DNA of 63,377 nucleotides, counting the filler, from Piptocephalis cylindrospora (Eukaryota), in the NCBI GenBank assembly GCA_003614145.1. It is 18 parts of 18 records of this genome, joined end to end, with 100 filler letters (N's around TTAATTAATTAA, not from the genome) between each part and the next. Parts side by side here need not be neighbours in the genome. Positions count along the whole stretch, not along the records: positions 35,421 to 38,856 come from KZ988690.1; positions 38,957 to 42,387 come from KZ988691.1; positions 42,488 to 45,902 come from KZ988692.1; positions 46,003 to 49,414 come from KZ988693.1; 14 more parts are not named here. The stretch is one strand, 5' to 3'. The position numbers were made by a program, and so were the translations under genes. Below the pieces are notes generated by a model. The model saw only the letters and a list, made by a program, of their open reading frames with translations, was not told the origin of the DNA and did no database searches. Shown here piece after piece: positions 37,627 to 48,624 of the stretch. Position 1 is the stretch's first letter; each line of letters opens with the position of its first letter.

Positions 37627-38754
37627 CTATTTGGAGGATTCATCCGTGAGCTCGTACAGCCAAGTGGCTACTTTGACCGCCATGGCCATCCCATGACCTA
37701 ATTGGGCATTCCGAGCGTGAGTTGGAAGGATGCTATACACGTGGTATTCAATGAAGTGGGGACAGACTTACCCAGAACAAAGGCATGAGGAAGGTTGTCC
37801 TCGCACAGATACGCCCGAACTACCATGGAATGCAAAGGATGAGCGATGTGGGACAATCGAGTAGACAGTGATGAAGGAGGGAAACATACCTTGGGGATGC
37901 ATGGCACGCATCCTCTCATAGCAAGACCGCGGGACCCAGCCGTCATCAGACCCGTAGTATAGGATGATGCGGGAGGCATATTTTTCCAGGATCTCGGTAT
38001 CCGGATCAAGAACCTGCTCTCCCTCATTCGCAAACATATTTAGACAATTCCGAATGACCGAAGGATTAAGAAAGTGCTGAGCAGTGACCCTTGCCTCCTG
38101 ATCGGCCTGCCCACTCATCAAACGCGTAACAAGAACAAGGAGCGGAAAGGGAAGGAGAGAGAGTGCCCCTGCGAGAAAGGCAAGACAGGAGATCGAGGTG
38201 GGTCGGAGGGCCCATCCTTTGCTATGGCCATTGGGCGTATCTAGGATGTTATCGATGGTCGGGAAGAGGCCATACACACGGAAGATTTTCTCTTCTCGTA
38301 CCTTGAGAGTCTAGTATCGAAGAGGTGGGTTGAGAGAGAATAATAAAAAAGTACACTCATAGAGGGATCATCCCACATATAATAACAGCAGTGGCAATAA
38401 GGACCAACCGTACATTCAGGGCCAAGTAGGTACCAATACTATGGCCGATGAGGATGAGCTTGGACCTAGGGTACGCCTTACTTAGAGAATCTACCAGTTC
38501 AATCTTGTGATCCACCTGGTCATCCAGGGTAAAGACGTGCCCGGTCCTTGGGAGCGACAAATGACTATTAGAATGACCCAGATGGGCAACTGGTACAAGG
38601 TGGGGGATGATTGATTAGTGTGTGGACAGTAATGGCCGCAATCGACAAGAGTATGGCCTAATATGTATACCAGCAAAGAGCTCCGTGTTGGGCGGAGCCT
38701 TTTCCCTTAAACTATTCAGAAATTCAACGTAGTACTCAGGAGCCCCCGGGTTGC
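37627..38754 (-). CDS. Lipid droplet-associated hydrolase (LDAH-like alpha/beta hydrolase), multi-exon, 5'-truncated
   Basis: GNPGAPEYYVEFL, FTLDDQVDHK, LIGHSIGTY (GxSxG), LFPTIDNI..TPNG, YYGSDDGWVP, PHAFVL. Confidence 0.88.
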
Positions 38755-39022
38755 CTAGAAGCAGGGGGGGGGGGGGGGGGGGGGGGGGGAGGGGGGGGAG
38801 GGGGGGGAGGGGGGGGGGGTGGGGGGCGGGGGGGGGGGGGGTGGGGGTGGAGGGAGNNNNNNNNNNNNNNNNNNNNNNNNNNNNNNNNNNNNNNNNNNNN
38901 TTAATTAATTAANNNNNNNNNNNNNNNNNNNNNNNNNNNNNNNNNNNNNNNNNNNNAGTGTAATGATGAAAAAGAAATAAATCACTCCACCATTATCCAA
39001 TAAAGGACAACTCTCCATCCCA

Positions 39023-39826
39023 TCATGACTTCCTCGTCCACCTCATCCCAACATCGTCGGAGCACTTGGCTACCTCACCGTACGCATTCAGACAGGACCA
39101 GTAGCCCTTGATCAGGTCCCGGACATTGCAAATATGCACATGCCCCTCGATGTCCTGAGTCGCCAACCACAGAGTTCCGAGGTAGTCAACCTTATCTGAG
39201 GCCTCCAGAGTCGAGGAGATGGTCATCTCTTTGTTGCCATTCTGATCTGGCCAGGCGTAGCCACACTCATGTTTGGATGGGTTCGAGTTTACTGCCATGA
39301 ACCGACGGCTTAACGCTGTACTAGACAGACATTTACCATCGGGCATCTGGAGTTGGAAGGCATACAGAGCCTTCCCAGGCAGATGAGGAATATTGGTCTT
39401 GATGGCGATGTGGTTAAACTGGAAAACCACGGGGTCTTGACTGTCGGTTACATTGTCGTACCCAGCTACCAGAGGGCTGTTGGCCTTAATGTCCCCGAAT
39501 TGCGGGTCCGCATTAGAGAGGATACCTTCATTCTTATCCTTGTTAAATAGGTCGCTCGACGGCATATAATAGAACCTGTCAATCTTGTCCAAGTAAAAGT
39601 CTTCAATCAGTGTCTCTCTCACATTCCGCTTCTGCGGCCCCGGAGAAGATCCGTAGCTATCGACCTGATTCACCTTTGCAGGTCCATGGAGTGTAAATGT
39701 AGGGAAGTCCAGACTACCAAATAGCTCCTCGGCAGCCTTGGCCTTTTCATCATTGATTCCAGCCTCAGTACTAACAGCCAAGGCCATGATCAAGAGGAGG
39801 GAGAGGACAGAGAGGGTTCTTTGCAT
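39023..39826 (-). CDS. Secreted hypothetical protein (267 aa), possible ricin-B/beta-trefoil-like C-terminus
   Basis: Signal peptide MQRTLSVLSLLLIMALAVSTEA; intronless; GKCL...C...W and SCL...KC...MRW motifs. Confidence 0.75.
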   Translation of the reverse strand: MQRTLSVLSLLLIMALAVSTEAGINDEKAKAAEELFGSLDFPTFTLHGPAKVNQVDSYGSSPGPQKRNVRETLIEDFYLDKIDRFYYMPSSDLFNKDKNEGILSNADPQFGDIKANSPLVAGYDNVTDSQDPVVFQFNHIAIKTNIPHLPGKALYAFQLQMPDGKCLSSTALSRRFMAVNSNPSKHECGYAWPDQNGNKEMTISSTLEASDKVDYLGTLWLATQDIEGHVHICNVRDLIKGYWSCLNAYGEVAKCSDDVGMRWTRKS

Positions 39827-41552
39827 GGTGGTGATGAAAGGGATAAGAGAAATGTGATGAGAGAGAGGTGTGGTGGGAGAAGGATGTGATAGAAGAGTGT
39901 AGTGGGGAGAGGGAGAGGTGAGTTGGGCCGGCCAAGCAATGAGGATGGAGGAGGAAAGGAGTGGGAGAAAGAAAGGGAAAAGAGTGATGTTGCTTATGGA
40001 ACAAGGGCGTCTTCAGGAGGCGGAAATCACCCTCCTTTTATCACAGAAGCGACTGCATGTATGGTGAGTGTAGATGGTGAAGTGGACTGGTAAGGACAGG
40101 GCGGAGTTTAATCCTACACCATCATCACCACCTCAGCTCCGACCAAGTCCCCAAGTAGAAACGGATTGAGGCTAGTGGAGGTTGAATCGCTAGGAACGCA
40201 CTCAGGAAAACAGTGGTGAGCCTGATATCATTATTATTGTGATAAGATCGGCCATATCACTACCTCAGAGCACAAAGAACATCTTTGTGGAATGGTAATA
40301 GGAAGAGTAGAGTTGGTGTTTCGTCTGCTTATGGGGGGAAATTGAGACCATAAGTCTGCTTGGGTGAGCAACACCAGAACAAGTTACTGATGGAGATTGT
40401 ACTAATAATACGTATGATTAAAAAAAGTGGCTTTTTTGGTAAGAGGAAACGCTTCAAGGTACGAGAAAGAGCCTCATAGCTTTTGACTCGTGTCAGATAT
40501 ATTATTTATTTGAGAATATTGCATAAGCAACGCTGATGGTGATGATTAATATCATTTTGCTGTTGTTGAAACCATTTTATTTTCCCTAATGAGGTAGGCG
40601 CTAAAAGTATCCGAACACATAACCCGCCTCATTCGGCCGGCCTGGGCGGCATCAGAAATAATGTTCCCGACGTGTGCCCTGTACAGTAAATTTTGAAATG
40701 GGCATTACAGAAAACCATTAGCGCACCCCCTCCCGGGGTAGATGACCGTAGAACCCATAAGGAAGATGGTAGCCAGCAGTGGAGATGGTGCCATTGGGGT
40801 TCTTGGACTTGACCTAGCGCAAGGGAGGGATAACACACTCGGAGTTGAACCTAGATCTTTGCAACCCAAAGGAAGAAGATTAGATGGCTAGGCTACGGGA
40901 AGTATATGTTTAATCTTATTTTGTATACTTGCGCATTAGTCCTTTTAAGGTAAGATGTCTATGTACATATCGAATAATTAACATAAACCAGTCATCTTAT
41001 AGACGAGATCCCATTTCAAGGATCAATCTTAGCTCCAAGCTCATGTTTGTAAGCTTAGTAGTAGTAGTAGTAGTAGCCAGATAAATATACTGGGGAAGAT
41101 TAGAACCCTCCATTTTTCCTAAAAATATTCACAGGCTAATCTCAAAAAAGAGGTAGAGACTTTCCTTATAGTATCGTCGTTTCGTCCATGGATCATCTGA
41201 TCCCTCCCATCTTCTTCTTTAATTCCCTCCATGTCTCTTTCCATTTCTTGATCGTCCCCCTTTCAATGACCGTCCTCTTCTTGGTTCTCATCAGCATCCG
41301 AACCAACATCTGTAAACCTATACTCTAGATATCTGATCTGAGTGTTGAGGAAATAGACGCTGTCAACATTGGACGGGTCAAAATATGCACAAAAATATTT
41401 CCAAGGTCATTTTAAGGGCCGTCGCAAGTGACAATTGATGTGATAAGATGATATTCGGCTACACTACGCCAGGATGGCGTCTGAGGTATTGCTTTTGCTT
41501 TTCGTTTCCCCATCCATTTCTCCCTCCGTTTCTCCTCTTTCATCTACCGATC

Positions 41553-42387
41553 ATGTCGGGTGCCTTCTCCATCACCCTCCCTGGGGACACGACCTCCCTT
41601 CGTACTGATACAACGGTCGCTCTGGGCCCAGGTCTACAGCAAACTCGTGATGTCGCCGTATCTACTGTTGCGGGCGTCCTCCACAGCGCCAAGGATGGCG
41701 AGAGTCTCTGGGTTGATGCACCTAGAAAACGTGTAAGTTCCTATCATTTATCGTCCTGTACTAGATACACCTCGTCCCCTTCCCCCTTCCCTTCATTGAA
41801 CCATTCGCCATAGTATATAGCAGCTGCTGGAGAGCCCGTCATAGGCATTGTCACCGGCCGGATGGGCGAGGCATATCGCGTGGATATCGGCACAGCCTCT
41901 CCCGCCACCCTCCCTATGCTTGCCTTTGAAGGGGCTACCAAGAGGAATAGACCTAATTTGACGGTAGGTTGCGCTGCTATCTCTTACCAGGATTGGCGGT
42001 CACTATTGGCTTGTGGCTTCCTTAAGAAAACCTCACCATTCGCTCTTACTTCTAGGTGGGAGCCCTGGTGTATGCACGGGTCAGTATCGCCGATCGAGAT
42101 ATGGAACCAGAGATCCAGTGCGCCCACCCCACCACCAATCGCTCAGATGGCTTTGGCGAGCTCAAGGATGGGGGATATCTCGTGTCAGGCCTCTCCCTTG
42201 GTCTGTGCCGAAGGTGGGTCTATTTAACCTTTTCCTTGTTGCGACGGCAATTTATGATGATAATGGGACAAACTATACATTTTCCTGGTCTCATCCTCCC
42301 TCTCGTTAGTCTCCTCGCTCCCAATGCACCCATCTATCACATCCTTCTCCCACCACACCTCTCTCTCATCACATTTCTCTTATCCCT
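41553..42387 (+). CDS. RRP40: Exosome subunit Rrp40 (3'-truncated), multi-exon
   Basis: LGPGL...WVDAPRKR^YIAAAGEPVIGIV...YRVDIG...LAFEGATKRNRPNL^VGALVYARV...DMEPEIQC...GFGELK. Confidence 0.93.
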
Positions 42388-42487
42388 NNNNNNNNNNNNN
42401 NNNNNNNNNNNNNNNNNNNNNNNNNNNNNNNTTAATTAATTAANNNNNNNNNNNNNNNNNNNNNNNNNNNNNNNNNNNNNNNNNNNN

Positions 42488-45274
42488 TGAGGAGCCACCA
42501 TTCCCAGAGGAAGGATGAGCATGAGAGGAAGAGGAGGACTTCTTGCCTCCAGCGGCGCCTGCAGCCGTATCCCCAGCGGAGGACCCAGGAATAGGGCCAG
42601 AAGGCCTAGTGGCGCCGATCTTGCGTCGACGCATCCCGCCGCCCGCCCCACCCGGTTCACCTCCACCACTACGCCGTCGAGTCCATTCACGCCATCCGGC
42701 TGGAACCTCCAAGGAGCCTGCAGCCACACTCCATTTGCGTTCCTTCCTTAAGGATACCTCGTCGATGGGGGAGCGAAGAGAGGAAGTATCTGAGGCGGCA
42801 ATGGCCCTCCAATGTCGAAGATTGGAGTTAAGGTCATCGAGAAAGATGTGAGCCTTGGGGAGGAACTCGGCCAAGGCGGTGAAGTAAGGCCGGATGACCA
42901 CCTCGTTGAACTCGATGGCCGACCTAGCCTGGGCACCCGGTGTGGTGGAATCGCCGTCCATGCCCGGGGAGACTGGGAGGCCTTCTTGACGTTCCCTCTC
43001 ACCCTGCCAACGAAACTCGGTAGTGATGGCATCACTCCACTCTTTGCACTCGGACCAGCTGCGAACGGGGTTGGAGACATCGGCGGCATGGAGAAGGATG
43101 GCGCAGAGCCGACGACGAAAGGCCGCACCCTCGCCCCCGGGGCAAAAGTGATGATACCGGTCATCGTAAGCGATGCAGTTCTCCTGACCCGTGAGACTCC
43201 CGTGTCGAGAGTACGTGATCCCAGGGCCCCACCCCAGATCTGGGGGAGCCGAGGCAGAAGAGGAGGGGGTGGAGGGACCGTGGGCGCTGACGTCCGAGTC
43301 GATTGAGGGGGTAGGCGAGACCATGGGGCCTAGGGTAAAAGACTCGACCATACCATGAACCTCATCGAGGAGGGAAAAGTGATGACGCATGTCGGTGGCT
43401 AGAATGATTTCGAAAAATGCCTTCTTAAAGGAATCGATCAGCTCATCCCTCTCCCGCTTCTGGGCCTTTTCCTCCTCCTCGTCCTTAATCGAGTCCTGAT
43501 CTATGGTGCCCTTTTGATCCTCTCCCTGAGTGTCCTCGGGTGGTAAGGAGGAATGGATCGAAGATAGGGTAGTGGACGCCGTGGGGGAGGAGAGCTGGGA
43601 GGAAGAGGCGGTGGATGGGGGAGTAGGGGTAGGGTAGAAATGATCGAGCAGCCCGTGGTTCTGTATGAGTTCCCATGCCAAATGACAAGAGTGATTCTCC
43701 AGAATGGATTCATTCTTGTACCTAACGGCCAATTCCGTCCGTGCATGAACATGGTAAAGGTTGTTCACTCCAGGCTACAGAGAGTAGAGGGGGATGAGAA
43801 GAGAACGGGGGGGAGGGGGGAGCGGTCGCCAAAGCAGATGCGGAGCCGGGGGACGACGACGGCCGCTGGGGCACACATGACCGACATCATGACACACAGC
43901 GGCCAGGACAGTGACGGCCACATCCAGGGGGGTAAGGTAGACTCCAGCACCAAGTTCCCGGAGAAGACGGTGCAGGATGACAGTGACGTCAAGGGCATGG
44001 ACAAAGTTATGGTAGGGATTATCAGGGTATCCAGAGGCACAGGCCTCATAGAAGCCCAGAAGGGTAGAGTCATCCACCTGGAGCGTCCTTTGTACCCCGA
44101 GATCCCTGGAGAGGTCAACGAGAAGAGAGTACTGCTCGGATCGACTGAGTTGCCAGACAGCCCGTTCAGGTAATCGATCCGTTGAGGCAAACCTGGCTGA
44201 GGACCCTCCATGAAGATAAGGATGAGGATGATTGGCTGCTTTGGAGGGAGAGGATGACGGACAAGGGTTGGAACCATTGTCCTTTCCCGAGCCCTGAGGA
44301 TCCTTTCCTTTGCCCGTCTTTAGAGTGGAGGGACGAGGGAGGGAGGATGTGGACGATTCGGGGGTTGAGGAGGAGGAATCAGGAGAAGATTCAGAGGAGG
44401 AGTAATAATCGACTTCTGCAGGGGCATCCTGTGTGGAGTCTGTGGTCGGCAATCCCAGGGACGAATCCGGATGAGTGGAGGTGATGGGAGAGGAAATGTG
44501 AACACTATGATGACGTTGGTGAGTTGCGGCAGGACTTGCCCGTGCAGGCTCCATGACCTTGGAGGGGGGGGGGGGTAGCTTGGGGCGAAGGGGAAACCGG
44601 TAAGGGTTGAGGGGGGGGAGTTTTTTTTTTTTTCAAAACAAAAATTTTTCCAATCTCCCCGGAAAAGGCGCCCCTTCCAAGTACAATATTGCCGATGTGC
44701 TCTTTNNNNNNNNNNGGGTTGAAGGATGAGCAGGGGATCTGGGGGTACGTACGCGCGGTACCCTACCGCTGAAGGAGGAGCGAGGGGAATTGGAGGAGGC
44801 ACCGAGGACGAAGGATGGGGAAAGAGGAGGGCCTGGACTAGTAGGACCTGGACTGGAAAGGGCATTCATCCAGGAAGTGACGCCTTTCAAGGGTGATCTA
44901 GGAGGAAAGGGAGATTTCTTTGGGGAAGTGGGTGGGGAGGGGGAGGAAGTGATAGGAGAGGAGGTAGGAGAGTTGGAGGAGCAGGAGGGAGAGGCTGGAG
45001 AGGAAATGGAGGAAATATGGTCAGGACGATCCATGGGGCCCAGGACAGTGGGCATCAGGGGAGGGGGGGGAGGGAGACGAAGGGCGTCAGAATGAGACAG
45101 GGATAGGGCAAGGGGAGGTGGGGAATAGTGAGGGGGGGACCTAGGGGCTTGGCTGGCACCGCCTTCCCGTCCTTCTGGCCATCGAGGGACACCTCGACGA
45201 CGACCACCGCCACGTCGGCTCTTCGACTTGGGTGGGGAAGAAGGGATGGGAATTGGGGGAGAGTCTCTTGCCAT
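42488..45274 (-). CDS. Class I 3',5'-cyclic nucleotide phosphodiesterase (3'-truncated; internal gap and low-quality stretch ~44560-44715)
   Basis: NPYHNFVHALDV, AAVCHDVGH^PGVNN, SILENHS, ILATDMRHHF, LHAADVSNP, EFRWQGERE. The start at 45274 is tentative. Confidence 0.9.
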
Positions 45275-46035
45275 GTTAACTGGTAAAAAGAGGGGATGAA
45301 TGGGTGAGGAAGATGGGGAAGGAAGGATCATGATAGCCAAGTCCACCCACACTGACCTAAATGGGAGAGGAAGGGCGGAGCGGCCAAGAAGAGGGGGGTC
45401 GGGTCCGAAGATTGCTGGTGATTTTCTAGAAGAGGAGTGAAAGCGGACCGGGAAAAAGAGTCACAGGTACTTGACACACACACACACGGAGACGTACGCA
45501 GGTACACGGGCACACACGGGTAGAGAGAGAGACACACACACACACACGCAAGTACACACGGGGCACGACTTGGTTTGAGGGGGGAGGGAAGGGGGGAGGA
45601 AGGGAGGGCCGAGAGAGATGGGGCTGGGATGGGAGAGGGGAGGGAAGATAAGTAAGTTGACCGATTGAGACAGGATGGGCTGACGCGGATGTGCAACCAA
45701 GCCTGGGGACAGATCCCTTACCCTAGAACGCGGTCAATCAAGTGTCACGCCAAGAAAGCGTAGGACGGGGGATGGGAGCAGGTACGGGAGATGCGTGTGT
45801 GGAGAGAGGAGGGAGATGGTGTGTGTGCGCGTGTGTAAGGGACGTGAGGGGGGGGAGGGGGGAGGGGAGGGAGGAAGAGAAAGCTTTTTTCTTTTAGTAG
45901 GTNNNNNNNNNNNNNNNNNNNNNNNNNNNNNNNNNNNNNNNNNNNNTTAATTAATTAANNNNNNNNNNNNNNNNNNNNNNNNNNNNNNNNNNNNNNNNNN
46001 NNCTCACCCCTCCATCCATTTTCCCCCATTCCTAG

Positions 46036-47784
46036 GGCGTTGCCGCGGATTGCGCTTACGTGACCAGCTATAAGAACCAGGACGCCGCCCGGGCACAGAT
46101 CCTCCAGGTTTGGAACCAGGCTTCAGCCGTCTATGAACGCTCCTTCAATGTTGTCCTGGGAATCCTCCTCCTAGACATCCGGGACGCCGGGTGCCCCACT
46201 GCCCCAGACCCCGCCTGGAACAGGGCTTGCTCTTCGGATTACCCCATCGGCCAACGTCTCAGTGACTTCTCCAAGTGGCGAGGGGACAAGGGAGAGGACG
46301 GCGCAGGTCTATGGCATCTCATGACTCAGTGTAACACGGGTAGCAAAGTGGGCATCGCCTGGATGAAATCTCTGTGCGATACAAAGTCCATCTCTGCCGC
46401 TGGTGATCCCTCCCAGGGTCAGGCGGGCACCACCGAGTATCAAAGCGGTACTGGAGTCTCCTCCATCGTCCAGGATGAATGGAAGGTCGTGGCCCATGAG
46501 ATTGGCCACAACTTTGGCGCCCAGCATGATTGTGAATCCTCTACTTGTCCCTGCTCCAGTGCCTCCTCCTGTGGGTGCTGTCCATGTGATGACCAATGTG
46601 ATTGCAAGGCCACCTACCTCATGAACCCCACTGCTGGTGTAAAGACCAGTGATTTTAGCCCCTGTTCCCAACGAGATATCTGCTCCAATTACCAATCCCT
46701 TTCCCGTTGTCTCGAACCCTATCCCGGCACCAAAAAGACCTATTCCATCGCCATGTGCGGAAATGGCCTCAAGGAACCGGGAGAGGAGTGCGATTGTGGT
46801 TCCGCCGCTGATTGTGCCAAAGATGCGTGCTGCGATGGCCCCACCTGTAAGCTCAAGGCCGGAGCCAAGTGCGCCGACAAGAATGATGCTTGTTGCAAGG
46901 ATTGTCAGGTTCGTCCGGCTGGTCAGGTTTGTCGCGCCGCCATCTCCGTCTGTGATGTCCCTGAGAGCTGCTCCGGCACCTCTCCCGACTGTCCCGCGGA
47001 TGAACGCGTCAAGGATGGTGAATCCTGCGAGATTCCCGGGGCCGGCGGGACCACCTGCGCCTCCGGTCTCTGCACCTCTAGGGACATCCAGTGCCAGACG
47101 AGGTCTTCCTCCCAGATGAACCTCACCACCGCTTGCCCCTCTGCCAACCTCGTCGACAAGTGCTCTCTCGCTTGTCAGAACCCCCGTGCCACCAATGCCT
47201 GCTACCAGCTCTCAGGTACCTTCCTCGACGGTACTCCGTGCGGTCGCACCGGTACTTGCTCCCGGGGTGAGTGCACTGGCGATAGCATTTGGAAGGCCAT
47301 TGCCAAATACTTCCGCGAACATGTCTGGCTTCCGATCCTCATCAGTATCGTCGGTGCCCTCCTCCTCATCTGCTGTCTCTGGAGATGCTTCCGGGGTCGA
47401 AAGGCCGCCAATGCCATGATGGCTCGTGCCGTCCCCATCAGTCCCTCCAGGATGATGGGCAGGGGCGGCCCAAATCAGGGTCCCTCTGGTGGCGGTTCCT
47501 TCAGTACCGCCCCCCTTGTTGCTACCCCTTCCACCTTCGGCACCGCTGCTGCCCCTACCGGCCCTGGTCACTATGCTCCTCCCCCTCCTCCTCCAGCCGC
47601 TACCTATGGCAATGCCAACACCCCTGGTTCCTACACCTCTGATCCCCCTCCTCACCACGGTCATCCTGGTGGTCTCGGCCCCAATGACTCCTCCCGAATG
47701 GCCGGCGAGTCTCACTTTGTTGATACCACCCCCTACAATGGTCCAAGTTATCCCATGCAGCCTCAAGGGCACAGACCCTCCTAA
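46036..47784 (+). CDS. ADAM-family metalloprotease (reprolysin + disintegrin + Cys-rich + TM + Pro/Gly tail), 5'-truncated
   Basis: HEIGHNFGAQHD zinc motif, Met-turn YLMNP, CGNGLKEPGEECDCG, CDVPESCSGTSPDCPAD, TM WLPILISIVGALLLICCLW. Confidence 0.95.
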   Translation, partial: GVAADCAYVTSYKNQDAARAQILQVWNQASAVYERSFNVVLGILLLDIRDAGCPTAPDPAWNRACSSDYPIGQRLSDFSKWRGDKGEDGAGLWHLMTQCNTGSKVGIAWMKSLCDTKSISAAGDPSQGQAGTTEYQSGTGVSSIVQDEWKVVAHEIGHNFGAQHDCESSTCPCSSASSCGCCPCDDQCDCKATYLMNPTAGVKTSDFSPCSQRDICSNYQSLSRCLEPYPGTKKTYSIAMCGNGLKEPGEECDCGSAADCAKDACCDGPTCKLKAGAKCADKNDACCKDCQVRPAGQVCRAAISVCDVPESCSGTSPDCPADERVKDGESCEIPGAGGTTCASGLCTSRDIQCQTRSSSQMNLTTACPSANLVDKCSLACQNPRATNACYQLSGTFLDGTPCGRTGTCSRGECTGDSIWKAIAKYFREHVWLPILISIVGALLLICCLWRCFRGRKAANAMMARAVPISPSRMMGRGGPNQGPSGGGSFSTAPLVATPSTFGTAAAPTGPGHYAPPPPPPAATYGNANTPGSYTSDPPPHHGHPGGLGPNDSSRMAGESHFVDTTPYNGPSYPMQPQGHRPS

Positions 47785-48009
47785 AAAGGATGCATTTTAG
47801 AGCAAGGCAAGAACCGTCGATTTCATGTGAATGGCATCTTACAAGGACGAATTTGAGCCGAGTAAGGAGCAGTCCCATGGATAGTAATGGAAGAAAAGAA
47901 TCATACACCCCTCTCTTGCCAATAGTAGTAATACATTCAACTTTGTACCCTACCCCGTCCTATCCTATTTCCTTCTGTCTCTGCACTCTCTTCATCTACT
48001 TTCAGCAGC

Positions 48010-48014
48010 AAAAA
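48010..48014 (-). terminator. RNA polymerase III terminator (T5) of tRNA-Tyr
   Basis: TTTTT on the minus strand 6 nt after the discriminator base. Confidence 0.75.
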
Positions 48015-48020
48015 GGTTAA

Positions 48021-48105
48021 TCCGGAAAGCCAGATTCGAACTAGCGACCTATGGATGACAGCAAATTCTTACAGTCCACCGCTCTACCAACTGAGCTATT
48101 TCCGG
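48021..48105 (-). tRNA. tRNA-Tyr(GTA) with 12-nt intron (48057-48068)
   Basis: Minus strand CCGGAAA-TA-GCTCAGTTGGTAGAGC-G-GTGGA-CTGTAA[gaatttgctgtc]A-TCCAT-AGGTC-GCTAGTTCGAATCTGGC-TTTCCGG-A. C1:G72 and A73 identity elements; intron after position 37. Confidence 0.97.
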
Positions 48106-48181
48106 TCATTTTTCCGAATTTTCTTACCCATTTTTGTTCAGAGGTATTGTAAATGTGCATGGAAAAACTTTTTAAATACTC

Positions 48182-48506
48182 TCCTCTCTTCTCAATGATC
48201 TCTTATGTGGGTTCCACTCACACTGTATGGGCTCTATTTTAAAATATATGCCAATTTTGCAAGAAAATTTTTTTTAAATACTCGTGACGCTTTATTGGCG
48301 TCCATCTTACAAGAAGCCCACACGACGGCAGCGGTATTTGAAGGTGATGATGGTAATAGCGGTGACGATGGTGATGACGATGGTAGTAGTAATCCCTCAT
48401 AGACAAAATATCCCCCCTGTTTCCCATTCCTCCCTTCTCAATGATCTCTTATGTGACTTCTACTCACGCTGTATAGGCTCCAATTTAAATATATGCTCAT
48501 TTTGCA
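48182..48506 (+). repeat. Degenerate ~80-bp direct repeat (48182-48261 and 48428-48506) upstream of tRNA-Tyr
   Basis: Both copies share cttctcaatgatctcttatgtg...actcac.ctgtat.ggctc...aaatatatgc...ttttgca. Confidence 0.8.
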
Positions 48507-48527
48507 TGTTTTTTTAGTGCTCGAGAT

Positions 48528-48624
48528 AAGATTAGCATTTTCTCTCCATCACCTGGTATGCTGTTTTGTTCGTCAAAATGGGTAAAATAAAAAGGGTTTT
48601 CAAGTCAAGACTAGCATTTTCTCT
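48528..48624 (+). mobile_element. Short 5'-truncated retroposed element, copy 2, with target-site duplication
   Basis: Direct repeats aagattagcattttctct (48528-48545) and aagactagcattttctct (48607-48624) flank 61 bp homologous to copy 1. Confidence 0.7.

Noticed and set aside
40659..40725. U17/snR30-like m1 (atgttccc) and m2 (aaaccat) motifs
   Set aside because: There is no basal stem below the motifs and no ACA box at the required distance. Kept only as part of a generic structured-RNA candidate.
44555..44715. Apparent frameshift or interruption in the PDE N-terminus
   Set aside because: Homopolymer-rich noisy sequence next to a 10-N gap; most likely low-quality assembly or an intron, not pseudogenisation.
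2027..47784. Tetraspanin plus ADAM as a linked TspanC8-ADAM10-like module
   Set aside because: They lie on different contigs separated by linkers, so there is no evidence of linkage or interaction.
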